DNA of 64,000 nt from Desulfobacterales bacterium (GCA_963674755.2 CAXXVS010000001.1:768001-832000); one strand, 5' to 3'; shown: positions 48,488-58,962, numbered from the stretch's first letter. Notes: generated from the sequence alone by a model not told the origin. Numbers and translations are program-made.

Positions 48488-49198
48488 TCAACGATAGGTC
48501 AGCAACGTCGGGTCGCCCTGGAGTTCAAGCCCCGCCACGTCGTTGAAGCCCACCAAGGTCATTTCCCTCGTGTTGTAGCGAAAGCGGGTCACCGAGGCAT
48601 TCATGACCTGCCAGGAAAGGCTGATGCAGCGGTCATCGGGCATGCCGGTGGCCAATTGCACGGCCACGGCGATCGGACCGGCCGAAGAGAAGAGCATCAC
48701 GTTTTTGCCCGAGCCTTCCTGGTGCATGATGTGGTTCAAGCCATTGATGATGCGGGTGCGGAAGGCCTGCCAGGATTCGATGTCCGATTGGTTGTATTCG
48801 CCTTTGACCCAACGGTGAACGATGCGGGCAAATACTTTCTGGAATGCTTTCGGATCTTGTACCAGACGGCTTTCATCCAGGTCCGGTTGTTCGTTTTCCC
48901 GCGCCATTTGTGGGAAAAACCGCTGCCACACCCCTTCGGAGTCGTATTCGTTGAGAGCCGCAGTTGCGATGGGTGCCGGAAGGTGCCGATGGCTATCCGC
49001 AAACACATCTGCCATGGCTTGGAAGGTTTGTTTCTGGCGGTCCATTGCACCGGTATAAGCGGCATCAAAGCCGATTCCCAACCCCTTCAAGTGCCGGGCA
49101 ACCATACGGGCCTGGCGATAGCCGGTAGGCGAAAGTTGATCATAGTTTTCGCGGCCGAAAGAAGCTTGGCCGTGGCGGATGATATAGAGGGTGCTCAT
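48488..49198 (-). CDS. Histidine phosphatase family protein
   Basis: IIRHGQASFG..YDQLS, LNEYD and NASVT motifs. Confidence 0.9.
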   Translation of the reverse strand: MSTLYIIRHGQASFGRENYDQLSPTGYRQARMVARHLKGLGIGFDAAYTGAMDRQKQTFQAMADVFADSHRHLPAPIATAALNEYDSEGVWQRFFPQMARENEQPDLDESRLVQDPKAFQKVFARIVHRWVKGEYNQSDIESWQAFRTRIINGLNHIMHQEGSGKNVMLFSSAGPIAVAVQLATGMPDDRCISLSWQVMNASVTRFRYNTREMTLVGFNDVAGLELQGDPTLLTYR

Positions 49199-49338
49199 GA
49201 CTGTCCGGGGAAGCCTTTGGCGGGACGATGTTGCTTCCGGGCTTCCGGTTTGGCTTCGTTTAAAGTTGAATTTATCGCGCTTTAAGCGGGCGTCTGCCGC
49301 TGCCACGTTCAATGAGATATGGCAGAACCCCATCACGG

Positions 49339-49378
49339 TGTCAATATAAAACGAACGCTCGTTCTATAAAGATTGACA
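49339..49378. promoter_or_regulatory. Back-to-back TTGACA boxes with a palindromic operator between them
   Basis: TGTCAA 49339-49344 (minus-strand -35), GAACG-CT-CGTTC 49353-49364, TTGACA 49373-49378. Confidence 0.55.
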
Positions 49379-49419
49379 TCAAACGATGTTTTGGTCTATC
49401 CAACAAATAACAGATAGTT

Positions 49420-49566
49420 CACCATGAAGGACATGAAGATCATGAAGTGTAGCCAAAAAACCAAATGACTATCCACTCGAAAATGAGGTCCAGACTGGTT
49501 TCTGATTAAATTTTTCAATTTGTCTAAGACAAATTGAAATCTTCATGACCTTCATGCTCTTCATGG
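49420..49566. repeat. R3 module
   Basis: CACCATGAAGGACATGAAGATCATGAAG ... TCAATTTGTCTAAGACAAATTGA ... CTTCATGACCTTCATGCTCTTCATGG. Confidence 0.85.
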
Positions 49567-49603
49567 AAGCTTTATTATTGTTGAGGTTTTCTAAAGACGC
49601 CCT

Positions 49604-50689
49604 ATGCACACTTATGAGAACAGCTTTGTCATCAAGGCCGGGCCCAGGGCTCTGGCCCTGATCCGCGACGAGGGGCTGCGGCCGGAACGCGTCCGGGTAT
49701 TGGCCGGGGCGGCCGGCGGTCCCAAATGGCTGGTGCTCTATCACCTGGACCGCCTGTTGTTTGCACACTTTTTCCAAGTGCGCCGCAACCCGCTGCATCT
49801 GATCGGCTCCTCCATCGGTGCCTGGCGGTTTGCGGCCCTCAGCCAGAAGGATCCCCTGGCGGCCCTGGATCGTTTCAAGGACGCCTATATCCACCAGACC
49901 TACGCCACCGCGCCCACCGCGGCCGAGGTCACGGCGGAAAGCCGCAAGGTGATGGACGGCTATCTCCCCGATGAGGTGATTCCTGAGATTCTTCGTCATC
50001 CCTGGTGCCGTATCAATATGGTAACAGTGCGCTGCCGCCACTTGGTCGCCCTGGAGAACAAGCCCGGCATGGCGGTGGGGCTCGCCGGCGCCGTGATGGC
50101 CAATCTGATCGCCAGGCGGCATCTGGACCTTTTCTTTGAAAGGACCCTGTTCCATGATCCGCGGGATCTACCGCCGATAGCAGAGCGCGATACGATTCCC
50201 TTTGTACACAATCCCCTGCGTGCGGAAAATTTCAAGGATGCTCTCCTGGCATCCGGTTCCATTCCGCTCGTGATGTCCGGTGTTTCCCATATTGAGGGAG
50301 CACGCCCGGGTATCTATCGGGACGGCGGCATGATCGATTATCACATGGATTTGCCCTATCGCTTGCCCGACGACGAGATCGTGCTGATGCCCCACTATAC
50401 CGACCGCATCGTCCCCGGCTGGCTCGACAAACAACTCAGCTGGCGCAAACCCGCTGCCGATCATATGGCCAACGTGGTCATGGTGGCGCCCACAAAAGCA
50501 TTCGTCCAGCAATTGCCCAATGCCAAGATTCCGGACCGGACGGATTTCAAACTCTATTTTAAAAAAGACCGGGAGCGGTTTGAAGCCTGGGATAAAACGG
50601 TTGAAATGTGCCGTCCGCCGGCCGAGGCCTTCATGGAGCTGGTCGCCTCCGGGCGCATCAAAGAAAAGGTGCAACCGATGGAATTTTAA
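49604..50689 (+). CDS. Patatin-like phospholipase family protein
   Basis: GAAGGPKW, GSSIG, ASGSIP and DGG motifs. Confidence 0.85.
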   Translation: MHTYENSFVIKAGPRALALIRDEGLRPERVRVLAGAAGGPKWLVLYHLDRLLFAHFFQVRRNPLHLIGSSIGAWRFAALSQKDPLAALDRFKDAYIHQTYATAPTAAEVTAESRKVMDGYLPDEVIPEILRHPWCRINMVTVRCRHLVALENKPGMAVGLAGAVMANLIARRHLDLFFERTLFHDPRDLPPIAERDTIPFVHNPLRAENFKDALLASGSIPLVMSGVSHIEGARPGIYRDGGMIDYHMDLPYRLPDDEIVLMPHYTDRIVPGWLDKQLSWRKPAADHMANVVMVAPTKAFVQQLPNAKIPDRTDFKLYFKKDRERFEAWDKTVEMCRPPAEAFMELVASGRIKEKVQPMEF

Positions 50690-50696
50690 AAGAATT

Positions 50697-50890
50697 CACC
50701 ACGAAGAGCACGAAGAACACGAAGAGTTCAACAGCCGAAAAGCAAGAAAGACATCGATCCACCATGAAGGACATGAAGCACATGAAGGGGAGAAGTCAAA
50801 AACAAAAATTTGAAAGCAGTGATTTTGCATAATCAGTGATCCTCTGTGAGAATCTGTGACTAAAGGAGCTTCACCGCGAAGGTCACGAAA
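50697..50890. repeat. R3 arrays upstream of the GxxExxY gene
   Basis: CACCACGAAGAGCACGAAGAACACGAAG; CACCATGAAGGACATGAAGCACATGAAG; CACCGCGAAGGTCACGAA. Confidence 0.85.
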
Positions 50891-50902
50891 AATGCGAATG
50901 AT

Positions 50903-51289
50903 ATGAGTGATAAATATCTAAAATTCAGTGAATTATCATATCGGGTCATAGGATGTGCCATGGAGGTGCACCGTGTTCTCGGGCCGGGTCTCTTGGAATC
51001 GGCATATCAACGATGTTTAGCGTACGAATTCGATAACCGGGGGATTGCATACAAAGCAGAATATCCGCTGCCTGTATCATATAAGGCCATCGATCTTGAT
51101 TGTGGGTATCGCTTGGATTTTTTTGTTGAGGACCGCATTGTTCTGGAACTTAAAAGTGTTGAAAAGCTGTTGCCGATCCATGAAGCACAGTTATTGACCT
51201 ACATGAAACTGATTAGCGTTAAGGAAGGCTTATTGCTAAATTTCAATGCCTTACGCCTAAAAAGCGGATTGAAACACTTTGTATTATAA
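50903..51289 (+). CDS. GxxExxY protein (PD-(D/E)XK nuclease-like)
   Basis: LGPGLLESAY, YRLDFFVEDRIVLELKS, HEAQLLTY and GLLLNF motifs; visibly AT-richer than its neighbours. Confidence 0.93.
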   Translation: MSDKYLKFSELSYRVIGCAMEVHRVLGPGLLESAYQRCLAYEFDNRGIAYKAEYPLPVSYKAIDLDCGYRLDFFVEDRIVLELKSVEKLLPIHEAQLLTYMKLISVKEGLLLNFNALRLKSGLKHFVL

Positions 51290-51300
51290 ATATATTTTTT

Positions 51301-51328
51301 CTTCGTGACCTTCGTGTTCTTCGTGGTT
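51301..51328. repeat. Inverted R3 array downstream of the GxxExxY gene
   Basis: CTTCGTGACCTTCGTGTTCTTCGTGGTT is the reverse complement of the upstream CACGAAG arrays. Confidence 0.85.
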
Positions 51329-51354
51329 CAATCTTTTTCTTAGAAGAGGCCCTT

Positions 51355-52677
51355 ATGAATCGTTCACTCGTCGCCATCGTCTGTTATGAAAAGCCCTACG
51401 ACTCCGTCCGGAAAGCGGTCGAACTGGCCGGCGGTTTGTCACACTTGAAACCTTCCGACCATGTTTTCATCAAGCCCAATATCGTTTTCTGGACTTCCAA
51501 GGCCGTGCTGCCCAAATGGGGCGTCATTACCACCTCCCGGGTGGTGGAGGACATGGTGCGCCTGCTCAAAGATCTTGGCGTTCAGCACATCACCATCGGC
51601 GAGGGGTCGGTGACGGCGAATCCCAAGGACAAGGAGACCCAATTCCACGCCTATGAGACCCTTGGCTACAATACGCTCGCCAAACGCTACGGGGTGAAAT
51701 GCGTCAATATCCTGGCGCGTCCTTTTACCAAAGTCGACCTCGGGGACAACATGACGCTGAGCTTCAGCACGGATGTGCTGGAAAGTGATGCCGTGATCGA
51801 CCTGCCGGTCTTGAAGACCCATGCCCAAACCACGGTCAGCCTGGGTATCAAAAATCTCAAAGGCACCATCAGCATCCCATCGCGCAAGCGGTGCCACAAT
51901 GCCGACCCAGCGATGCCGCTCCATCGCTGGGTGGCCCGTCTGGCCGACCCCATGCCGCCGGTGTTTACGCTCATTGACGGTATTTACAGCAACGAGCGCG
52001 GCCCGAGTTTTGACGGACGCATCCGGCGCAGCAATCTGCTGCTTGCATCAAATGACATATTCGCAGTCGATAAAGCGGCAGCCCGTGTCCTGGGTTATGA
52101 AACCGCCGATGTACCCCATCTGAAGCTTTACGCCGAACATCATCGGAGGCCGCTTGATTTGTCGGATGTGGAGATAATGGGCGAGCTTATTGAAAATGTG
52201 GCCGATTCTTACCAGTATGATTTTAAATACAATGAAGATGGCACGTTACCCCGCCCCATGGCCAAGATGGGTATCCAGGGTGTATCCTACTACAAATATG
52301 ATCTTTCCATGTGCACCTATTGTTCCGGCATCACCGGCGCCGTGCTGACGGCCATCGCCATGGCCTGGAAGGGTCAGCCCTGGGACGACGTGGAAGTCCT
52401 CACCGGCAAGCAAATGACGCCTCGCCCCGGAAAGAGGAAAACCATCCTGCTTGGCCAGTGCATGTGCAAGCGACACAAGGACAACCCCGCCATTCAGGAG
52501 GCTATTCTCGTAGACGGTTGTCCCCCCAGCCCCAAATCCATCGTGGCCGCCTTCCACAAAGCCGGCATCATGATCGATTCGAACCTTATCGAAAACTACG
52601 AGCAGCTTCCGGGATTCCTGATGGCGCGCTACAAAGACAAGCCGGAGTTCGAAGAGGGCTTTTTCAAAATCGAGTGA
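51355..52677 (+). CDS. DUF362 domain Fe-S protein
   Basis: IKPN, PVLKTH..TVSLGIKNLKG and LIDG motifs; C-terminal CTYC, GQCMC and GCPP. Confidence 0.85.
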   Translation: MNRSLVAIVCYEKPYDSVRKAVELAGGLSHLKPSDHVFIKPNIVFWTSKAVLPKWGVITTSRVVEDMVRLLKDLGVQHITIGEGSVTANPKDKETQFHAYETLGYNTLAKRYGVKCVNILARPFTKVDLGDNMTLSFSTDVLESDAVIDLPVLKTHAQTTVSLGIKNLKGTISIPSRKRCHNADPAMPLHRWVARLADPMPPVFTLIDGIYSNERGPSFDGRIRRSNLLLASNDIFAVDKAAARVLGYETADVPHLKLYAEHHRRPLDLSDVEIMGELIENVADSYQYDFKYNEDGTLPRPMAKMGIQGVSYYKYDLSMCTYCSGITGAVLTAIAMAWKGQPWDDVEVLTGKQMTPRPGKRKTILLGQCMCKRHKDNPAIQEAILVDGCPPSPKSIVAAFHKAGIMIDSNLIENYEQLPGFLMARYKDKPEFEEGFFKIE

Positions 52678-52685
52678 GAGATTGA

Positions 52686-52952
52686 ACCACGAAGATCACG
52701 AAGGACGCGAAGAAAGCCAGAATGGGGCACGGATGAACACAGATCTTGGACTAAAAGCAATTTACCATGAAGGCCATGAAGAAATCAATTTGTCGGTGAC
52801 AAATTGATTGAAAGTAAAACAAACGATAAATTGTCGCAAATGACAGCCTGTCATCCACCGACCACCCACCACCCCCAACCGACGGTTTCCCCCAACTCAA
52901 CAAACCCAACGAACCCAATGAACTCAACAAACCCAATAAACTCAATAAACTC
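52686..52952. repeat. R3 blocks plus 7-mer and 9-mer tandem arrays
   Basis: ACCACGAAG-n, ACCATGAAG-n, AATCAATTTGTCGGTGACAAATTGATT, and AAC(T/C)CAA(C/T)(A/G) about 6 times at 52894-52952. Confidence 0.8.
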
Positions 52953-52954
52953 AC

Positions 52955-54228
52955 CTACACCTTGGGCGCCTGAAACAGACGATGGGAGGGCACGGCAAAA
53001 ATATCCGGATCACCGAGAGGTTTGATCTCGCTTCCAGAATAAACGACCATCCCGCCGCACCAGCTCTGCCCCAGTTTTTCGGCGACCATTCTTAGCGGAC
53101 GAAAGTCCTTGGGGCTCTGCGTGGCTCGGGATTTGATTTCGATGCCGATGATACCGGAAGAGGTTTCCAGCAGAAGATCCACTTCGTTTCCGGATCGTGT
53201 CCGATAAAAATAGATGTTTACATCGCGTTGGCAAGTGCGGATCCATTTGACGATTTCAGCCACCACCATGGTTTCGTACAACTGGCCTGACAAAGCGCCG
53301 CGAAAACCCGTCAAATGGCGCCATATGCCGATATCCAACCAGTAGAGTTTGGGCGTTTTAACCACTGAGCTTGTCAAATTGCGGTAATAGGGCTGCAGCA
53401 AAATCGTTTGGTATGAGAGCTTGAGGTATTCCATATAGCGACGGGCGGTGTCGACGCTTATACCGCTGTCGCGCGCTATCTCGGAATAGTTCAGCAATTG
53501 GGCGGATCGTAGTGCCGAGAGCTGCTGAAATTGACGAAACGGCATGAGATCGTCCAGCTTGGCAAGATCGGCCAGGTCTCTTTCCAGGTAGGTGTATTCA
53601 TAATTTTTCAGCCACAGCCAGCGGTCCTCGTCGGAAAGATTAAGCAATGCAGGCATGCCGCCCCATTTGATGATGTGCTGTTCAGCTGCCTGGCAGCGAT
53701 GAGCGGCAGGCCCTATGAGCATTGGTGCCGTATCCGCTAATGCATTGGCGACAGATGCGCCTGTTAGCATACTGTCCAGCAGCGGCGGCCTTCCTTCGGC
53801 GCAGGACGGGTTTAATTCACATTGCATCAACGGCCAAAGCTCGTAAAAAAGGCTCTCCCGGCGAGGGACTCTCTGATTTGTTTTAGCAACAGGATTTGGC
53901 TCGAGCCGGTGAGTACGGTAAAAGTGATGCCGCCGTCGTCATATGCGTATTTAATTTTTTCGAAAACCGAAGGCGCTTTCTGGGCCTCGTCGATTACGGC
54001 AGTGCCAACCGTTTTGGACCATGCAAAGGTACTGAGCTCCCGAACGGTATCCCTATTTTCCGGTGCATCCAGATTGATGTAGGTGAGGTCGGGATAAAGA
54101 TCCTTGACCAGCGTGGTTTTGCCGGTTTGACGCGCGCCTGTTAGCACCACGATTCGTCGGTGGTTGGCATCTGGTAACCGACTCGACATCATGCGATTAA
54201 CATGTAAATTAGCAGACATAAACATCAA
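52955..54228 (-). pseudogene. AAA_14 ATPase + DUF4143 protein split by a frameshift
   Basis: N-part has GARQTGKTT, IDEAQ and LTGSS..ESLAGR. C-part has GGMP, TYLERD, KTPKLYWLDIG and EVDL..EIK. The break lies at the A6 run 53845-53850. Confidence 0.85.
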
Positions 54229-54501
54229 ATAAGCTGTATATCATACGATTGTCAACGAAAATTTACAGTAAAAATCTATAGAGGCAGGGAAAGATAGGCT
54301 GTAGGAAAAAGCGGTGGGTAGTAGGTCGGAGGTCGTGGGTTGAAACAGAAAAAGACAGAGGGTTTGTGGTAAATTCACTTGCCCTGATCAATCACGGATT
54401 GATAAGTTGATTTCCAGTTGCTACATCGGTGAACATCCGTGCAAATCAGTGGCGATTTATTGGGTTTTCTGGCCGAAACGGCCATCGGAAAGGAAGCGGA
54501 G

Positions 54502-55569
54502 ATGAAACTACTGGTAACCGGGGGGGCGGGATTCATCGGCACAAATTTCGTCCGTACTGTCTTTGAAAAAAGGCCTGGGTGGGAGGTAGTAAACTTGGAC
54601 CTTCTGACGTATGCCGGCAATCCGAAAAACCTGCTGGATATCGAAAAAGAGCATCCCGAACAGTATCGCTTCGTCCAGGGGGATATCAAAGACAGCGAAT
54701 TGCTGAAGCGCCTGTTTGAAGCAGAAGGGTTTGATGCTGTTGTCCATTTTGCGGCCGAATCCCATGTCGATCGGTCTATTTATGGACCTGGCGCATTTAT
54801 CGAAACCAACATTGTCGGTACCTATCAACTCCTGGAGGCCGCCCGGGGATACTGGACATCCGGAAAGGCACCGGAGGGCTTCAGGTTTCTGCATATCTCC
54901 ACGGACGAGGTTTACGGCAGCCTTGGACATGAAGGATATTTCACGGAAAGGACCCCCTACGACCCTTCGAGCCCCTATTCGGCGTCCAAGGCCGGCTCGG
55001 ATCATCTGGCCAAGGCGTATCACCGGACTTACGGTTTGCCCACGGTCGTTACAAATTGTTCCAACAATTACGGGCCCTACCAATTCCCCGAAAAGCTCAT
55101 ACCCCTGATGATCCTGAACATTCAGGAGGAAAAACCCCTGCCGGTATACGGAGACGGCAAAAATGTGCGCGACTGGCTGTTCGTGCTTGATCACTGCGAC
55201 GCGTTGCTGACGGTTCTAACGGAGGGGAAAATCGGTGAGACTTACAACATCGGCGGCGGGGCGGAGATGCAGAATATCGATGTGGTGAACCTGCTCTGCG
55301 ATTTGCTCGATGAAAAGCTGGGACGGCAGGGGGAGACCTCGAGCTCCCGCCTGATCCATTTCGTCAAAGACCGGCCCGGCCATGACAGGCGCTATGCCAT
55401 CGATTCCACCAAAATCCGCACGGAGCTGGGCTGGGCCCCTAAACACGATTTCAAGGCGGCCCTCGCCAAAACCGTGGACTGGTATTTCGACAACCAGGAT
55501 TGGGTCGAAAGCATCCGGACCGGTGAATATTTGACATGGATCGATCGGAACTACGGTGGGAGAGCCTGA
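54502..55569 (+). CDS. rfbB: dTDP-glucose 4,6-dehydratase
   Basis: [28 protein letters not shown] and DRPGHDRRY motifs. Confidence 0.96.
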   Translation: MKLLVTGGAGFIGTNFVRTVFEKRPGWEVVNLDLLTYAGNPKNLLDIEKEHPEQYRFVQGDIKDSELLKRLFEAEGFDAVVHFAAESHVDRSIYGPGAFIETNIVGTYQLLEAARGYWTSGKAPEGFRFLHISTDEVYGSLGHEGYFTERTPYDPSSPYSASKAGSDHLAKAYHRTYGLPTVVTNCSNNYGPYQFPEKLIPLMILNIQEEKPLPVYGDGKNVRDWLFVLDHCDALLTVLTEGKIGETYNIGGGAEMQNIDVVNLLCDLLDEKLGRQGETSSSRLIHFVKDRPGHDRRYAIDSTKIRTELGWAPKHDFKAALAKTVDWYFDNQDWVESIRTGEYLTWIDRNYGGRA

Positions 55570-55964
55570 CGTGGCTCACCAATGCATCCGTGTTGTGAGT
55601 GGGAGATTCAATGCCAGGCTTTGAGGTGATGCGGGGCTGTGCCTTAAGGGTTCAAGGGCCCGAGGGGCCGAGGCGTCAAGGGAGGGGTTCCCTTAGCGCC
55701 TGATTTGTATCATCGGCGCCAAAGTAACTTGGGTTTGACTTTCAATCAATTTGTCGCCGACAAATTGATTTCTCCATGGACTTCATGCCCCTCATGGTGA
55801 ACAGCTTTATTCTTTAATCAGTGTCTATCCGTGCCCATCTGTGTCCCATTTGGTCTTCTTCCTGGTAATGCTTTTTTACGTTTATCCGTTTTTATCAGCC
55901 TTGGCCTGCATCCCATCGGTTAACCTTCTATGGCCGGTGGTCCCTATGACGGCGATTCTTTCCA

Positions 55965-56525
55965 TCACGGCTCCTCGTAGGGCGGCAAATCCTCATCCGA
56001 AAGGTCCGCAAGAAGAGGATAGTCCGCATCCTTTTTCGATAGAATCGGGACGCCTTCAGGCCAAGCAATGGCTATCTCCGGGTCGGAATAAAGGATGCCT
56101 TTTTCCGTGGCGGGATTGTAGTAGTCCGAACACTTGTACATAAACAGGGCGGTTTCGCTGAACACAAAGAAGCCGTGGGCGAACCCTGCCGGGATGAACA
56201 GCTGGTGCTTGTTGGCGGAAGATAAAACCTGGTTGACGCTCTCCCCGAAGGTGGGGGAGCCCCGACGGATATCGACGGCCACATCTAGCACTTCCCCTTC
56301 CAATACTTGCACAAGCTTGGCCTGGGGGTGGGGCCACTGGTAGTGCAGCCCTCTCAGGACATTTCTTTGGGAATTAGACAGGTTGTCCTGCACAAAGTCA
56401 GCCGCAATGCCGCTTTCGTGATAGCGGCTTCCGTGGTAGGTTTCCAGAAAGAAACCGCGCTCGTCGCCGAATATGGCCGGTTCAATCAACAGAACATCCG
56501 GAATTTTAGTAGGGATCACTTTCAT
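55965..56525 (-). CDS. rfbC: dTDP-4-dehydrorhamnose 3,5-epimerase
   Basis: FGDERGFF, QDNLS, LRGLHYQ and GFAHGF motifs; GGAG RBS before ATG 56525. Confidence 0.95.
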   Translation of the reverse strand: MKVIPTKIPDVLLIEPAIFGDERGFFLETYHGSRYHESGIAADFVQDNLSNSQRNVLRGLHYQWPHPQAKLVQVLEGEVLDVAVDIRRGSPTFGESVNQVLSSANKHQLFIPAGFAHGFFVFSETALFMYKCSDYYNPATEKGILYSDPEIAIAWPEGVPILSKKDADYPLLADLSDEDLPPYEEP

Positions 56526-56549
56526 GTGGCGCTCCTGGTCGTCCGAAAA

Positions 56550-56955
56550 AAGGGTCCAAGGATCCAAGGGGTCGAGGGAAAAAGAAAAGGCGATTATCCG
56601 AAAAGGACAGGATTGGCTAAGTGCAACAGCTTGAACTAGGAAGGGAATGAAGGAAACCGAATAGGACGCTGATGAACGCAGATGTGCGCGGATGTTAAAC
56701 CAGAAGCCATTTACCATGAAGATCATGAAGGACATGAAGGTAAAGAAACTGCGGCTGCAGGCTATTGGTTTTGGGGGGTTCCGCGATAGCGGAACAACCC
56801 TGTGTGCATCCGTGTTTATCTGTGGCGAAACGGTTTTTTTGACCACGAAGGCCACAAAGGGATTCATCTGCTCTTGATGGGTTTTCTTCGTGTTCTTCGT
56901 GGTAAATTCTTGTCGACGGGAGCATTTCTTTGACCCCTCGGATCCACGAACCCTT
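56550..56955. repeat. 8-mer arrays and R3 blocks between rfbA and rfbC
   Basis: AAGGGTCCAAGGATCCAAGGGGTCGAGG with an inverted partner at 56930-56955; ACCATGAAG-n; ACCACGAAG/CTTCGTGGT. Confidence 0.75.
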
Positions 56956-57039
56956 AAATAATCCATCTCACAGTACATTAGCGGAATAGATTCTGGCGCA
57001 GCCTTCACAATAGATGAGATGCTTTCGAGAGGAGGCTTT

Positions 57040-57921
57040 TTATGGCATCCCGTTGGCCAACTCATACAGATACTTCCCATAATCGTTTTTCATGAAGGGT
57101 CCCGCCAGCTCAAGGAGCCGGGTCCGGTCGATGAAGCCCTTGCGAAAGGCCACCTCCTCGATGCATCCGATTTTTTGGCCCTGGCGTTTCTGGATGGTCT
57201 CGATGAAATTGGCCGCGTCCAGCAGCGACTCGTGGGTTCCGGCATCCAGCCAGGCGTAGCCGCGCCCCATGGTTTCCACGCGCAGCTCTCCCAGTTTGAG
57301 ATAGGCGTCGATCACTTCGGTGATTTCCAGCTCGCCGCGCGCCGAAGGCTTGACTCCGGCGGCAATCTCGGCCACGCGGTTGTCGAAGAAATACAGACCT
57401 GGCACGGCATAGTTGGATTTGGGCTGTTGCGGTTTTTCCTCGATGCTGAGCACTTTGCCTTCCTGGTCGAATTCGACCACGCCGTAGCGCTCCGGGTCCC
57501 TTACCCAATAGCCGAAAACCAGGCCGCCGGTGTCCATTTGGGCTGCGCGTTCCAGAATTGCGGAAAAGCCGTATCCAAAGAAAATGTTGTCCCCCAGAAT
57601 CAGGCAGGCATTGTCGTCGCCGATGTGCTCGCGGCCGATGATAAAGGCCTGGGCGAGCCCTTCCGGTCGGGGTTGCTCGGCATAGGAAATCTGCATGCCG
57701 AACCTGGATCCGTCGCCAAAAAGGGCCTGGTATTTGGGTTTGTCCTCGGGGGTGGAAATGATCAGGATGTCACGGATGCCGGCCAGCATGAGCACCGACA
57801 GGGGATAATAGATCATGGGTTTGTCGTAGACCGGCAAGAGCTGCTTGCAGACCACGCTCGTAATCGGAAACAAGCGGGTACCGGACCCGCCTGCCAGGAT
57901 AATTCCTTTGTATTTCTTCAT
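57040..57921 (-). CDS. rfbA: Glucose-1-phosphate thymidylyltransferase
   Basis: [34 protein letters not shown] and WLDAGT motifs. Confidence 0.97.
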   Translation of the reverse strand: MKKYKGIILAGGSGTRLFPITSVVCKQLLPVYDKPMIYYPLSVLMLAGIRDILIISTPEDKPKYQALFGDGSRFGMQISYAEQPRPEGLAQAFIIGREHIGDDNACLILGDNIFFGYGFSAILERAAQMDTGGLVFGYWVRDPERYGVVEFDQEGKVLSIEEKPQQPKSNYAVPGLYFFDNRVAEIAAGVKPSARGELEITEVIDAYLKLGELRVETMGRGYAWLDAGTHESLLDAANFIETIQKRQGQKIGCIEEVAFRKGFIDRTRLLELAGPFMKNDYGKYLYELANGMP

Positions 57922-58121
57922 TTAACCCTCCATGTCAAAAAGGCATTTTCGCCACTGATAAACACAGATCATTATAGATCAGACTGTAGGCGATTAGCCT
58001 ATAGGCTGAAAGCAAATCAAATAATCTGGAGTTGTTATGCCCCCAATGAATCCGATAAATTAAATAACCTTGCGGTTTTTCTACAGCCTACAAGCCTCAA
58101 AAGCTTAATAACCAGCGCTTC

Positions 58122-58475
58122 TCACTCCGTGGTCAACCCCACAGGTGGTATGGGCGGTGTATTATCCCCTGGCGTGAACACGACCGGGGCGCAAGGCTGG
58201 CTTTCGCCCACTGCGTTGTAAGCCGATACTGAGAGGTAATAGGTCACCCCCTCTGACAATGGCAAGTTATTCAAATCATATTGCAAAATGTTGCCAACAT
58301 CAGTCGAGTTGGACCGGTCGGTAGAATTGGTACCCCAATAAACCTTATACCCGTCCACGGTCCCGGAACTGGTATCCCAGACGAGCGTTTCCGCTGCAGT
58401 TGAAGCAGGGGTGAAAAAAAAGGCTGCCAAAGCCCATATCAAGCCAACGGCCATCATTCCTAGGTTTTTTCCCAT
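58122..58475 (-). CDS. Small secreted fibronectin type III domain protein
   Basis: Signal peptide; LVWD..GYKVYWG...YYLSVSAYNAVGES. Confidence 0.8.
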   Translation of the reverse strand: MGKNLGMMAVGLIWALAAFFFTPASTAAETLVWDTSSGTVDGYKVYWGTNSTDRSNSTDVGNILQYDLNNLPLSEGVTYYLSVSAYNAVGESQPCAPVVFTPGDNTPPIPPVGLTTE

Positions 58476-58853
58476 GCCCGTTCCCTTCAGAAAACCAAAA
58501 TTTTTTTAATCGGATTGGTGAAATTAGGATTACCCTCAGCGGCAAACGGCGGTATTTGATTATCATTTGTATACACTGATTTCCATAATGTTGACAACCG
58601 ACAATCTGATCAGAAAAGCGGAGCGGGACGCAAATGAACACAGATTGTCACGGGTCAGGCTGTAGGGGATTGGGCTACAGGCTGAAGGGTAAGCAGAAGA
58701 CTTATAGGACAGTGGGTTTTTCCCTTTCAGCTTGATACTTCGGTTTTCCTTCGTGCCTTTTCGTGTCCTTCGCGGTGAAATTATTTCGATCTTGATTTTA
58801 CCCCTTCAAGTTCTTCATGCTCTTCATGGTAAATTTTGTGTATTACTGAGCAT

Positions 58854-58885
58854 AAAAAAAGGCGACAGTCGCAAACTGTCGCCTT
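58854..58885 (-). terminator. Intrinsic terminator after the FN3/Ig operon
   Basis: AAGGCGACAGT-CGCAA-ACTGTCGCCTT preceded by an A-run (U-tract on the minus strand). Confidence 0.75.
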
Positions 58886-58962
58886 AGAGTCATAGTTATG
58901 CTCAGCCTATTTCGTAATTGCTGAGCAAATATAACCGCTTAGATTTATGTCAATTTCTATTG

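Noticed and set aside
50520..50832. His/Glu-rich or TMKxMK ORFs (also the 56526-57080 extension of rfbC and 52751-53025)
   Set aside because: These are translations of the 9-mer DNA repeats; 9-bp periodicity keeps frames open.
44694..58830. CRISPR array or integron attC array
   Set aside because: The repeats are short degenerate 9-mers in both orientations without constant-length unique spacers. No cas or integrase gene is present, and I saw no attC-type ends.
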